A DNA stretch of 45,413 bases from a virus: IMG/VR virus record IMGVR_UViG_3300008255_000025. One strand, given 5' to 3'. Below are positions 16,348 through 25,083 of this stretch, one piece after another. The position numbers were made by a program, and so were the translations under genes. Positions within the stretch are counted from its first letter, which is position 1. Each line of letters begins with the position of its first letter. Below the pieces are notes generated by a model. The model saw only the letters and a list, made by a program, of their open reading frames with translations, was not told the origin of the DNA and searched no databases.

Positions 16348-18180
16348 TTAGTGTGTCTGTGCCCATGTCAGTCCTTCCTTCGCGTTTGCATCGAGTGGTA
16401 CATTGAGATTAAGTTCGCGGCCAGCCTCTCTGATTGCGAGTATGCTGAGCCTCGCGTGCTCCCGTGCATCGTCAGGAGCAACGTCGTATTGCCATTCGTC
16501 GTGTATGTCTCCAACCTTGAGACTGTCAAGTCCATAACGTCGTATATCGCGCTCCAAAATGATTGCTCCAAGAGCCATGACTCTGGCACCACCACCTTGT
16601 AGTTTGTAGTTGAGTGCCGCATGTGGGGAGGGACAGACAAGCTGGCTCCCATCCACGAGAGAGACACGACCGGTTTGTTGTTCATGTTGAGCAATCTCCA
16701 TTATCTCAGTGAGGCCTAGCCTATCTAGGAACCTCTGTCGCATCTCCTTACCTTCTGCAAGGGTGCGTTTGATTATCTTGGCCACCTTCCCAGCTTGAGC
16801 GCCGTATTGAATAGCGTACAGTAGAGTTTTAGCCGTAGGGCGTTCAACCTCTGCAAGATCGGCATTGTATTGGTGTGGATCACCCTCAACGACTTGCTTG
16901 GTGAAATCTGGTCTGTTGAGATAGTGAGCCAGCATCCGTAATTCAAGGCCAGCCGCGTCAGTTCCGACAAGAACTCTTCCCTTTCTTGCCTTCCAACAAT
17001 CTCTAGCCTCATATGTATAGTCGCCGGCATCCTTGTAAAGGATAAACTCTTTACCGCTCTCATCTTTCTTAGACCTAACAGCCGGAATATTGGCAGTATT
17101 AGGTGCCGAATGTTTGAACCGTAGAGTATCTGCAACGAACAAGTTGCCGTGTATTTTTCCTGTATCTTCATTGTATGCCTCTATCCATGTGTTGACCATA
17201 TTTGCACGACCATTAACGGTCATCCATTTAGCAATCAACCTAATCTCTTCGCTCGGCATCTCCTCAAGCATTGCCTCAAGGGATGGTGCTAGCTTACCTT
17301 TCTCAAAAGGTTTCGGCTTACCGGTTTTTGTTACTTCATCTGGCCAGTTCTCCCACCCGAGTTCGACAAGCTTTTCAGTTCGCTGAGTAGGGCTCCCAAT
17401 ATTGAACTCAACATGATCGTATGCTTCATACTCAGAACCTCCAACGAGAACGGTTTCGTAGCGTTCTTGGTCCCTTGTATAAATCGCTGTAGGGTTGCCA
17501 GCCTTTGTAACAGTCTTTGCTCGTCTGACAAACGTCCTGACGGGTGGGAATGCGACATGAATTTTATCCTTATAATCGTTCTCGATTTTACGCAGAGTGC
17601 TGTAAAGCCCACGAGCTTGCATGATATCAAACTCGAAGCCATTCTGTTTCTGTCTGTTGATAACAGGGGTGATGTAGTGCTGAATGTACAGCGATTGCTC
17701 ACTGACACCTATCTTAATCAGAACGTCCACCATTCTACGGAACAACTCCGCCGTGATCTTAACGTCCTGATGGCAGTATGTCACCATTTCAGGAGACAGC
17801 TTAGACCAATCGTTGAACTTGATCTTAGGATAGCCCATGCGTACACCCCACGCCTCCAAACCATGCCCATCAGGGATGGATGGAAGGTAGACGGTAGACA
17901 TAATCATGGTATCGATCAGACGGGACATACCGATTGCACACCCTAATAGGCGATTGATTACCGCAATATCAAAGCTAACAGAATTATGCCCAATGAAAAC
18001 AGCTCTAGGCCTCTCCTTAAAGAATTGTCTGATAGCTTCATGTCCGATGCATTCTCCGGTCTCCTTTGTTCTTATATTTTCCCAGCACATGCACCAGATT
18101 GTATCTGGCTTAAGGCCGTTTGTCTCTATGTCAATGGCATAGAACTCTTTATCTACATCTGTTTTCCATGTTAAATACAT
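16348..18180 (-). CDS. Family A DNA polymerase with a 3'-5' exonuclease domain (T7-like)
   Basis: Exo I AIDIETNGL. Motif A VGTDAAGLELRMLA. Motif B ERPTAKTLLYAIQYG. Motif C VGDIHDEWQYDV. Confidence 0.9.
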   Translation of the reverse strand: MYLTWKTDVDKEFYAIDIETNGLKPDTIWCMCWENIRTKETGECIGHEAIRQFFKERPRAVFIGHNSVSFDIAVINRLLGCAIGMSRLIDTMIMSTVYLPSIPDGHGLEAWGVRMGYPKIKFNDWSKLSPEMVTYCHQDVKITAELFRRMVDVLIKIGVSEQSLYIQHYITPVINRQKQNGFEFDIMQARGLYSTLRKIENDYKDKIHVAFPPVRTFVRRAKTVTKAGNPTAIYTRDQERYETVLVGGSEYEAYDHVEFNIGSPTQRTEKLVELGWENWPDEVTKTGKPKPFEKGKLAPSLEAMLEEMPSEEIRLIAKWMTVNGRANMVNTWIEAYNEDTGKIHGNLFVADTLRFKHSAPNTANIPAVRSKKDESGKEFILYKDAGDYTYEARDCWKARKGRVLVGTDAAGLELRMLAHYLNRPDFTKQVVEGDPHQYNADLAEVERPTAKTLLYAIQYGAQAGKVAKIIKRTLAEGKEMRQRFLDRLGLTEIMEIAQHEQQTGRVSLVDGSQLVCPSPHAALNYKLQGGGARVMALGAIILERDIRRYGLDSLKVGDIHDEWQYDVAPDDAREHARLSILAIREAGRELNLNVPLDANAKEGLTWAQTH

Positions 18181-18181
18181 C

Positions 18182-18397
18182 TTATTCCTTAATGTGAGTT
18201 CCTAGCGGCTTATAAGTGTTAACCTTGTCGATACCGTCGTACCAAAACTCTATCTTGATGCTCCGTTCAACTGTTTCCAGCCAGCGGCAATCTTCCTTAC
18301 CTACAGATACAGGATACCAAGCGAACCATTTGTGCCATTTTTTAATACGCTTCTCATATTCTGGCCAAGTTTCTGCCTCTTTACATTTGAATTTCAT
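18182..18397 (-). CDS. Hypothetical protein (Trp/Lys-rich)
   Basis: 71-aa ORF ending 1 nt before the polymerase ATG. ATGA overlap with the upstream gene. Confidence 0.6.
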   Translation of the reverse strand: MKFKCKEAETWPEYEKRIKKWHKWFAWYPVSVGKEDCRWLETVERSIKIEFWYDGIDKVNTYKPLGTHIKE

Positions 18398-18654
18398 AAT
18401 ATCTTACCTTCTTCTACTTTCTCAAGTCTGTACGCAGTCTCTCCGCTTGTTATCTGTACCTGAGACCCGGAGAAAATCTTACAAGTATTGAGGATAGTTT
18501 CGTCGTTAGTTAATTCTCCGAGAGGTCTCCCGTTAATCGCCTTAGAAAGCGTATCAATCGACGGCTTGATCTGCCACCAACACTCTAGATTATTATCTGG
18601 TTGATCGTAATTATTCTCTATACTAAATAAGCACCATATTTCAGTCTTACTCAT
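18394..18654 (-). CDS. Hypothetical protein
   Basis: 86-aa ORF in the operon with tight spacing. Confidence 0.6.
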   Translation of the reverse strand: MSKTEIWCLFSIENNYDQPDNNLECWWQIKPSIDTLSKAINGRPLGELTNDETILNTCKIFSGSQVQITSGETAYRLEKVEEGKIL

Positions 18655-18660
18655 TTGTCT

Positions 18661-19179
18661 TTACTCCTTGATTTGATTTAGAATGGTTTGTAGATCAAGA
18701 GGATAGAAGTTAGTCTGCTCAACAGACACACAGATGTAACGAGGGTCGGGTTCTCCGTCCTTCATTACTACATTCGAGTGCGTATGTCCATGAACATTAA
18801 ACTGCCACCTAGACAGAGAAGACTCATGGATAGGGATATGAGTCATGATCAAACCCTTCATCACTACACAAGCTCTGATATCGTCAAAGAACTCACTATA
18901 AACGTGTAGCTTCTCCGTATCGTGGTTCCCTTTGACCAGAACCTTACGCTCTTTGAGGACTTTAAGAGGCCACAGAGCCTTCTTGGTCATTGCTACATCA
19001 CCAAGGAGGTACACCCTGTCTTGGTCGTCTACTACCTCATTCCAGTTGGAAATCAGTTTGCCATCCATTTCGGCAGGATCGTTCCAAGGCCGGAGAGGTG
19101 TTACCCCATCGGCTTGGGTGAACATACACACGCCTCGATGGCCGAAGTGTGTGTCTGCCAGTACCCATGTTTTACTCAT
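18661..19179 (-). CDS. Small metallophosphoesterase (phage MPP family)
   Basis: LADTHFGHRG...YLLGDV...VKGNHD...VHGHTHSN. Confidence 0.8.
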   Translation of the reverse strand: MSKTWVLADTHFGHRGVCMFTQADGVTPLRPWNDPAEMDGKLISNWNEVVDDQDRVYLLGDVAMTKKALWPLKVLKERKVLVKGNHDTEKLHVYSEFFDDIRACVVMKGLIMTHIPIHESSLSRWQFNVHGHTHSNVVMKDGEPDPRYICVSVEQTNFYPLDLQTILNQIKE

Positions 19180-20864
19180 GCTTTATCTCCTGATGGTTGG
19201 AACGTGTCAAACTCGTGGCCTGCATTATTACCACCAGCCTCAAAACGCTCTGCGTCTTCTCTGGATAACTCTTCTAGTCGGCCAGTCATTTCATTGTAGA
19301 AGAGCCAGCTAGCCGGACCAGTGCGGCCAAACTTCCGGTTCTTCTCGATCGACACCCGAGTAATATTACGCCGCCAGTCATCCATTTCCTTGAGGTCTCG
19401 CTCAAGACGGATGATGACATTAGCAACTTGCTCTGGGCCAGCAGACCCACGGATTTCCCCTTGACGATTGACGTGGATAACACAGATGATCGAGATATCG
19501 AGGTTCATAGTCAGGGTCTTCAATTTCGTACTGATTTCGTCCAACTGTTTACGCTCGTCACCATGTTGATCACTAACAATGATTGAAAGGTGGTCGAGGA
19601 AGATGTACTTGCAGCCTAGGGCGTGCATATGTCTAATCTTATTCAACACAGTATCAATCTCGTTACTGCCGAAGTGGTCCCAGATAACAATCCTATCAGT
19701 GTCCATTACCTTCTTGTACACCTCACGGAGTTCTTGCTCTGTGCGTGGTACGTCAGGGAAATGGTAAGGCTTGTTCTTCTCAATCGACATGAGGCCTAAC
19801 GCAAGGTCGCGCTTTGGTTCTTCAAGGTGCATGAAGCCAAGCCCTACTCCTTCTTCAACCAGTTCAGGATTGTTGAGGATTTTGAACTCGATCTCCTTCA
19901 TGATAGATGTCTTACCTACACCAGTAGGTGCAGTAATCAGAACAAGCTCACTGGTACGAATACCATAGGTCTTGGTGTTCAGGCCTTCCCACGGATAGGG
20001 TATAGATTTAGGCTCCTTATATTGGATAATCTCCTCAACAAAGTCAGGGTCAGACCCTAGTTGCAATCCGTCGGGTAGCCACACAGGGGCACGATACCAT
20101 TCGTTAGTGTACTCAGACACCCAACCGTTCTTAAGGTAGTCGTTAGGGTCCTTAGCCTTCTGTAATTTAACTACCCGAACCTTCCCCGGAGGGAACAATG
20201 GGGCGACTTGGCTGGCAGCGGCCTGACCCGCAGCATCACTATCGAAGCATAAGACGATCTGCTCGAATGAGTTCAGATACTCGAAGCTTCGGATGCAATC
20301 ACCTTTAGCTTGAGAAGCACTACGTACACCAACACAAGGATAACGCAAGCCTGTCAGTTCGTATCCGGCTGGTGCATCGCACTCACCTTCAACAACAGTG
20401 ATAGCCTTACCGCCCGGAGGAAACGCTTGCTGTCCAAACAAACCACAGCCTTTAGAGTCTCCTTCCCATCGGAAATCTTTCTCACCCTTCATACGCATCT
20501 TGTTGCCAACATGCTTGCTGCTATCAACCGCATCAAAGTAAGGGTAGACATGCTCGAAGGCATCGTTGTCCGGCTTGGTTGTAATCTGATATTTAGCTAT
20601 TGCCTCGGCAGAAAGAGCCCTGTTAAAGTCCGCCGGTTGTGGCGTCTTAGGTAGGCCAATCTTCAAAGGCTTCAATGGGGCGGCTTGATCGCTACCTTCT
20701 GCTTTTAGTTCTGTATCCATAGTTTCACTTTCTTCCACGGTATCTGTGTAGTTGTGATGATAACCACACTCAAGATGAAAACAATGTTCATTGTCATCAT
20801 ATACTCCTAGTTTATCCTCTCGCTTACATTTAGGGCAGGTATCGTGTCTTATAAAATTACTCAT
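19176..20864 (-). CDS. Bifunctional primase-helicase (T7 gp4-like)
   Basis: N-terminal zinc finger CPKCKRED...CFHLECGYH, a TOPRIM region (VVEGECDA...CFDSDAAG) and helicase Walker A ITAPTGVGKTS with DnaB-like motifs. Confidence 0.9.
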   Translation of the reverse strand: MSNFIRHDTCPKCKREDKLGVYDDNEHCFHLECGYHHNYTDTVEESETMDTELKAEGSDQAAPLKPLKIGLPKTPQPADFNRALSAEAIAKYQITTKPDNDAFEHVYPYFDAVDSSKHVGNKMRMKGEKDFRWEGDSKGCGLFGQQAFPPGGKAITVVEGECDAPAGYELTGLRYPCVGVRSASQAKGDCIRSFEYLNSFEQIVLCFDSDAAGQAAASQVAPLFPPGKVRVVKLQKAKDPNDYLKNGWVSEYTNEWYRAPVWLPDGLQLGSDPDFVEEIIQYKEPKSIPYPWEGLNTKTYGIRTSELVLITAPTGVGKTSIMKEIEFKILNNPELVEEGVGLGFMHLEEPKRDLALGLMSIEKNKPYHFPDVPRTEQELREVYKKVMDTDRIVIWDHFGSNEIDTVLNKIRHMHALGCKYIFLDHLSIIVSDQHGDERKQLDEISTKLKTLTMNLDISIICVIHVNRQGEIRGSAGPEQVANVIIRLERDLKEMDDWRRNITRVSIEKNRKFGRTGPASWLFYNEMTGRLEELSREDAERFEAGGNNAGHEFDTFQPSGDKA

Positions 20865-21028
20865 AATTCAATCTTGATTGTTTTTACCCACTTCTTTGCA
20901 GGGAGTGTGAACCTATAACCCCTTCGGCTAATCTCAGATCGGATAACCAACAAACGTCTCTCAGCCGCAAGCAGGAGACTTTTCATATCTTGATCGGTCA
21001 TACCAATAAAACCATTAATATTTCCCAT
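20861..21028 (-). CDS. Hypothetical small basic protein (55 aa, MGNINGFIGMTDQDMKSLLLAAERRLLVIRSEISRRGYRF...)
   Basis: Hand-translated. ATGA overlaps on both sides indicate translational coupling. Below the ORF-track cutoff. Confidence 0.5.
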   Translation of the reverse strand: MGNINGFIGMTDQDMKSLLLAAERRLLVIRSEISRRGYRFTLPAKKWVKTIKIEL

Positions 21029-21285
21029 CACTCTTCTCCTATCGTATCGTTAAAGCTGGCGAACCCTGTCAAGTTCTCTGGGTCGTCTAGAGCGTCGTAA
21101 TCCTCATCGAGAACTTCAACACCATGAATATGCTCAGTGTCATCATGCACGAAGTCTCCGGAGTATGCAGTCTCCATAATGATTTCCATACACTCTCCAC
21201 AAGGGTCGTATGCTCCGAGTTCTTCATTATAGACGATCTCTTTATCGCCTAGCATCTTGTTACATATATTGCAGTGCATTCTCAC
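21028..21285 (-). CDS. Small acidic zinc-ribbon protein
   Basis: CNICNK...CGEC followed by an Asp/Glu-rich tail. First cistron after the 21377-21404 promoter. AAGGAG lies upstream. Confidence 0.65.
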   Translation of the reverse strand: MRMHCNICNKMLGDKEIVYNEELGAYDPCGECMEIIMETAYSGDFVHDDTEHIHGVEVLDEDYDALDDPENLTGFASFNDTIGEE

Positions 21286-21376
21286 TACTCCTTTTATGTT
21301 CTGTTATTAGATAAGAGTGATATGAATAAGAGTATCTTAATATAGTAGGTCTTCAAACGGGGCATCCTTAAGTCTT

Positions 21377-21404
21377 ATTATATCATGTTTTCAATTTCTG
21401 TCAA
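21377..21404 (-). promoter_or_regulatory. Sigma70-type promoter with an extended -10, driving the replication operon
   Basis: Minus strand reads TTGACA-16 nt-TATAAT, with TGa upstream of the -10 (TGATATAAT). Confidence 0.75.
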
Positions 21405-21424
21405 GAGAAAAATGACAAGTCGTT

Positions 21425-22045
21425 CTAATTCAACGAAAGTTTCGGTACATTAAGGCGTACCAGTGTTCTGTGCCCATTTTGCTTTACTGGGACCGACTCG
21501 TGTAGGCCTGTGATGTTGCCTCCATAAGCCCTTCCAGCCCTCATTAGGAACTTATCCATCTGACTGGTATCAAGGTGAGAGCAGTCACCCATATCACCGA
21601 TCGGGCCAGCGTATTCTCCTAGGTATCCTACAGCTCCTTCCATACTAGACGCGAGGATAACTGCCTCCAATTCAGCGAAATCTGCCGCAGCCCACGAGCC
21701 AGAGCCACAGCTATGTGTAGGTCTAGGAGTGTGTACAGGAGCCGGCTGTGCTCCATGCCCCGGCCCATTACTATGAGCCTCCACGGCAGGGTTCCAGTAT
21801 CCGTCAATATGAACTCCGGGCCTACGATGGGCCTCTCCCTCCTTCACATCAGACTGGTCGATCATTAAGTAGATTGGCATACTGGTCTGATACGCGCCTA
21901 ACATGGCGTCTACGGTCCGCTGCCAGTGCATAAGCTGAGGTGGAAGCCCTTCCCTTTGAAGGAATGGTTCCATATATACTCTCTCACCCGTGGTATCGGG
22001 GAAAGGTACGGAGTCAAGCTCTTTGAACTCACTTTTATATAGCAC
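21425..22045 (-). CDS. Possible double-stranded beta-helix (2OG/Fe(II) dioxygenase-like) protein. Last gene of the ligase island.
   Basis: HRRPGVHIDGYW (H-x-D), then a His/Pro-rich insert, then GGNITGLHESVPV...GHRTLVRLNV (distal His and Arg). The fold assignment is tentative. Confidence 0.4.
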   Translation of the reverse strand: MLYKSEFKELDSVPFPDTTGERVYMEPFLQREGLPPQLMHWQRTVDAMLGAYQTSMPIYLMIDQSDVKEGEAHRRPGVHIDGYWNPAVEAHSNGPGHGAQPAPVHTPRPTHSCGSGSWAAADFAELEAVILASSMEGAVGYLGEYAGPIGDMGDCSHLDTSQMDKFLMRAGRAYGGNITGLHESVPVKQNGHRTLVRLNVPKLSLN

Positions 22046-22055
22046 GATAATTCTC

Positions 22056-22397
22056 CTATTCTGTGTACAGTATTTTTGATACGTCGAACTCGTCTAGAAT
22101 ATCGACTCGATCTGGGTGCTTCCCTTTGAAGGAGTGTAAGATGCCGTAGTTACTAGCGCCTGCCACCCCGTAGGAAGATTTGGCACAGATGTAGCGTGCC
22201 CCAGACTTAGAAGTGAACGTATAATTGTCGTCATCCTCTTCAATCTTTTTGATGCCGGAGTTCAGCCTCCACGAGTCTCCGTCTAAGTAGCCTCCTGACC
22301 ACGTACCGAAAACCTTTGAAAAGGTCTCCCCTTCATTGTTTGTTACGTTGATAATACACCATTTATTCGGTGTAACCGCATAATGAGTGCTACTCAT
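22056..22397 (-). CDS. Hypothetical 113-aa protein translationally coupled to the ATP-grasp gene
   Basis: ATG at 22397 overlaps the ATP-grasp stop (ATGA). The ORF-track start at 22454 would sit inside the upstream gene. The C-terminus is ...DVSKILYTE. Confidence 0.6.
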   Translation of the reverse strand: MSSTHYAVTPNKWCIINVTNNEGETFSKVFGTWSGGYLDGDSWRLNSGIKKIEEDDDNYTFTSKSGARYICAKSSYGVAGASNYGILHSFKGKHPDRVDILDEFDVSKILYTE

Positions 22398-23128
22398 AGT
22401 CCTTCTCCTATAGCCTGTGCGTATTTGTTGGCTGTACGTTCTTCGAGGCCACAAGCCGTGTTCACCTCAAGCACGTAGGCTTGTTGATCGTGTGCGTTCC
22501 ACATGACGTCAACCCCACCGAAGTTAAGTCCGAGTGATTTGATAGCCATGATAGATTGCTCCACCACAGCAGGAGGCACGTCACTGAACTCAGCCTCTAC
22601 AAACACGAACCCTCCCTCAAGGTTACGTATCATCCAGTTAGGGTCATAGATAGACAGTTTACGAGCCTTACGCTGCACAAAGAATGCCTTATCGTTGAAG
22701 ATATGTACCCTATACTCGTGCTTCTTCTTTATATATTGCGTATAAAGAGGGGCAGGAACCAATGTTGCAGCATCAGTAGCCACAACAATACCAGCACCGC
22801 TATGTCCAGAGAGCAAGGTACGGCACATAACAGGGAACACATCGTCAGGTACTTCATCCATCTTCTCCCAGAAAGGAGGCACACAGACACCAGCATCACG
22901 CATAATCTTGAACGCGGTCAGCTTGTTCTGTGCTTGTTCTACATTGGCGTTGAGGGTGGTGGCCGGCTGGAAAACAGGACAACTAGAGCTACCCCAATTA
23001 ACAATGACGTCAGATGGACGAGGCTTAAAGACGCTTCCGACATGTTTTAATACCCTTCCTTTGATAGCCAAAGCCAACGCCTTGGCTGATTTCGAGCCTT
23101 GTTTATATGGATATATCTTAATTCTCAT
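22394..23128 (-). CDS. ATP-grasp ligase (RimK-like/R2K-clade phage version)
   Basis: NKLTAFKIMRDAGVCVPP, CRTLLSGHSGAGIVV, HEYRVHIFNDKAFFVQRKAR, FGGVDVMW...YVLEVNTACGL: the canonical ATP-grasp strand order. Confidence 0.8.
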   Translation of the reverse strand: MRIKIYPYKQGSKSAKALALAIKGRVLKHVGSVFKPRPSDVIVNWGSSSCPVFQPATTLNANVEQAQNKLTAFKIMRDAGVCVPPFWEKMDEVPDDVFPVMCRTLLSGHSGAGIVVATDAATLVPAPLYTQYIKKKHEYRVHIFNDKAFFVQRKARKLSIYDPNWMIRNLEGGFVFVEAEFSDVPPAVVEQSIMAIKSLGLNFGGVDVMWNAHDQQAYVLEVNTACGLEERTANKYAQAIGEGL

Positions 23129-23150
23129 AATCTTTCCTTTTATTCATCAT

Positions 23151-24272
23151 CTAAATGGAATCGTCTTCATCTTCGTATCCGTCCTCTTCATCCATGTCAG
23201 TCAACTCGTTGAACCACAATGGGCTTGGTGATGATGGTGGCGGTGGAATGAAGCCCGTAGCAGCTTGAGTGTACTGTGCAGCAGCGCCAAGTGCCGAGGC
23301 TTCCATCGCCGTAGCCGCTTGAACCGCTTGAATCATTGAGGCCATCACGTCTTTAGAGCTGCGTTTGAACGGGTCTTTCAAGTCCTCAACACGGTCAAGG
23401 AGGGTCCAATCACGGCAGTAGCAGATATCTTGCGCGAACCGGATACCTTCGTACATAGACTCACGTATCTGTTGGTCGTTCATGTTGATGCCGTTACTCA
23501 CAAGTTGTGCCTTGTCTCCCAACACGGAGGAAAAGAAGTCAGACGGCCCTTGCTCAGAGAACAAAGCCGGGATATCACGAGGGTCTTTGAACTCGCCAGA
23601 CAGTGTGTACAATCGTTCAAGGATACTAACCCAATCAGTAATCAAGTCAGCCGTCTGTACGCCACGCATGGTGCGTATCTCAATGGACCCGAACTTCTGC
23701 AACGCAGAGATATTGAACCCAGAGTAGTGCATACCGCTAGAGAACTGCATCTTTCCATCTGCCTCCAAGAACTTCTTGATGGAGTTGACTATGCTCGGTG
23801 CATCCTTGCTTCGCAGACAGAATAGATTACCTACACGGAACTCACCACACCATTCGGTCAACACTTCCTCGAAGCACAGATACAGCGCAGAGAAGCAGGC
23901 GATGCGGTCCAAGTGGAACTCTTGACAGTTCAGGTGTACATGGACGCTGGTTCGATTACTCTCGTCGAATACCGTTTTCTTCTTCTCGAACAAAGACCAG
24001 AGGAGGTCACAAGCATCCGAAACCTTATCAAAAGGGATAGGCCGGGCGAGAACATACTCACCACTTTCCTCACCACGCAATGAGCCGTCTTTATGGAAAG
24101 TCCAGTAAGGTTGAAGAGAACTCAGATTGCTAGGAATGTTCTTTCCTTCAACCTCAATCTCAATACCTACCTCGCCTTTAGTGGTATTCTGGCCCATAAT
24201 GTCCCGCATACGGAAGCTTGGCCGGCGCAGCGTCTTGGTGCGACGCAGAAAAACTTTATTATTGATATCCAT
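23151..24272 (-). CDS. Glutamine-synthetase-fold amidoligase (Amidoligase_2 family)
   Basis: EVGIEIEVEG, HKDGSLRGEESGEYV, TSVHVHLN, GSIEIRTMRG. The acidic tail is ...DMDEEDGYEDEDDSI. Confidence 0.75.
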   Translation of the reverse strand: MDINNKVFLRRTKTLRRPSFRMRDIMGQNTTKGEVGIEIEVEGKNIPSNLSSLQPYWTFHKDGSLRGEESGEYVLARPIPFDKVSDACDLLWSLFEKKKTVFDESNRTSVHVHLNCQEFHLDRIACFSALYLCFEEVLTEWCGEFRVGNLFCLRSKDAPSIVNSIKKFLEADGKMQFSSGMHYSGFNISALQKFGSIEIRTMRGVQTADLITDWVSILERLYTLSGEFKDPRDIPALFSEQGPSDFFSSVLGDKAQLVSNGINMNDQQIRESMYEGIRFAQDICYCRDWTLLDRVEDLKDPFKRSSKDVMASMIQAVQAATAMEASALGAAAQYTQAATGFIPPPPSSPSPLWFNELTDMDEEDGYEDEDDSI

Positions 24273-24291
24273 TTACTTTCTCCTTGAGTTA

Positions 24292-25071
24292 CTAGTGATT
24301 TGTAAGAATTGAGATTACCTCAAACTCATTAAGGTCCTCCACCGCTTCTTTGAGGTGTCGGAACTGTGGTGAAAGCTGCACGCTTTTCTTATTGACGAAG
24401 CCGATAACGTCTCCGCGATAGTTAAGGAAGGCTGTACGAATAGGCCCTTTAATCAGGGCAAACTCCCGATGAAAGGCAACCGACGTGTTCAGAATATCAT
24501 CGCTATCAAACGCTTCAAGACATTCGCTCAGAGTCGGATACTGTCCAGTTATGCAATCATAGAAAGCCTCTCCGTATATATCGACGCCGTAGCCCTTGTT
24601 GTTAGGGTTTGAGGTCAAAGTAATCAAAGAGCTGTCAACCATCTGATAAATCAAACCCTGCTCCGATTTCCTAGTAGGACGCCTACGGGTGTACACCGCC
24701 TTACCGTGGTCATTAAGCATCCCAAGAGGGAAGGGCCGAAATCTGTTGAACGAAGGAGAGTTGATTACCTTTCGTTGTATCTTCATGTCGGGGTTCGCCT
24801 CCATCCACTTGTCCATGTTCTCACCCATAGGGTTCCAATCCCAAGGGTATTTAGCACTAGGAGGGGATTTAGGAGAGCTGTGAAGAATATTGAAAGACAT
24901 TTCCGCCTCTCCTTTACCGACCGGCTCAAGGTATAGACGAAAGATGCCGTCAGATTTGTGGTTGGTAATAGTGAGGACGTAATAAGGCTCATCGTCGTAC
25001 AGGACGATAGTGTTACGCAACCTCATGTTAGCTTCCGAGAGAGTCTCGTAAAAACTTGGATATGCTACCAT
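24292..25071 (-). CDS. Hypothetical protein sandwiched between the two amidoligases
   Basis: 259-aa ORF with a 12-19 nt gap on each side and an RBS. No motif recognised. Confidence 0.65.
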   Translation of the reverse strand: MVAYPSFYETLSEANMRLRNTIVLYDDEPYYVLTITNHKSDGIFRLYLEPVGKGEAEMSFNILHSSPKSPPSAKYPWDWNPMGENMDKWMEANPDMKIQRKVINSPSFNRFRPFPLGMLNDHGKAVYTRRRPTRKSEQGLIYQMVDSSLITLTSNPNNKGYGVDIYGEAFYDCITGQYPTLSECLEAFDSDDILNTSVAFHREFALIKGPIRTAFLNYRGDVIGFVNKKSVQLSPQFRHLKEAVEDLNEFEVISILTNH

Positions 25072-25083
25072 TGTGTTTCTCCG

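Noticed and set aside
18209-18216. A third copy of the CTTATAAG palindrome just upstream of the DNA polymerase start, considered as another operator or promoter
   Set aside because: No acceptable -10 or -35 surrounds it, and it lies within a coding sequence. One extra copy of an 8-bp palindrome is within chance expectation for 45 kb.
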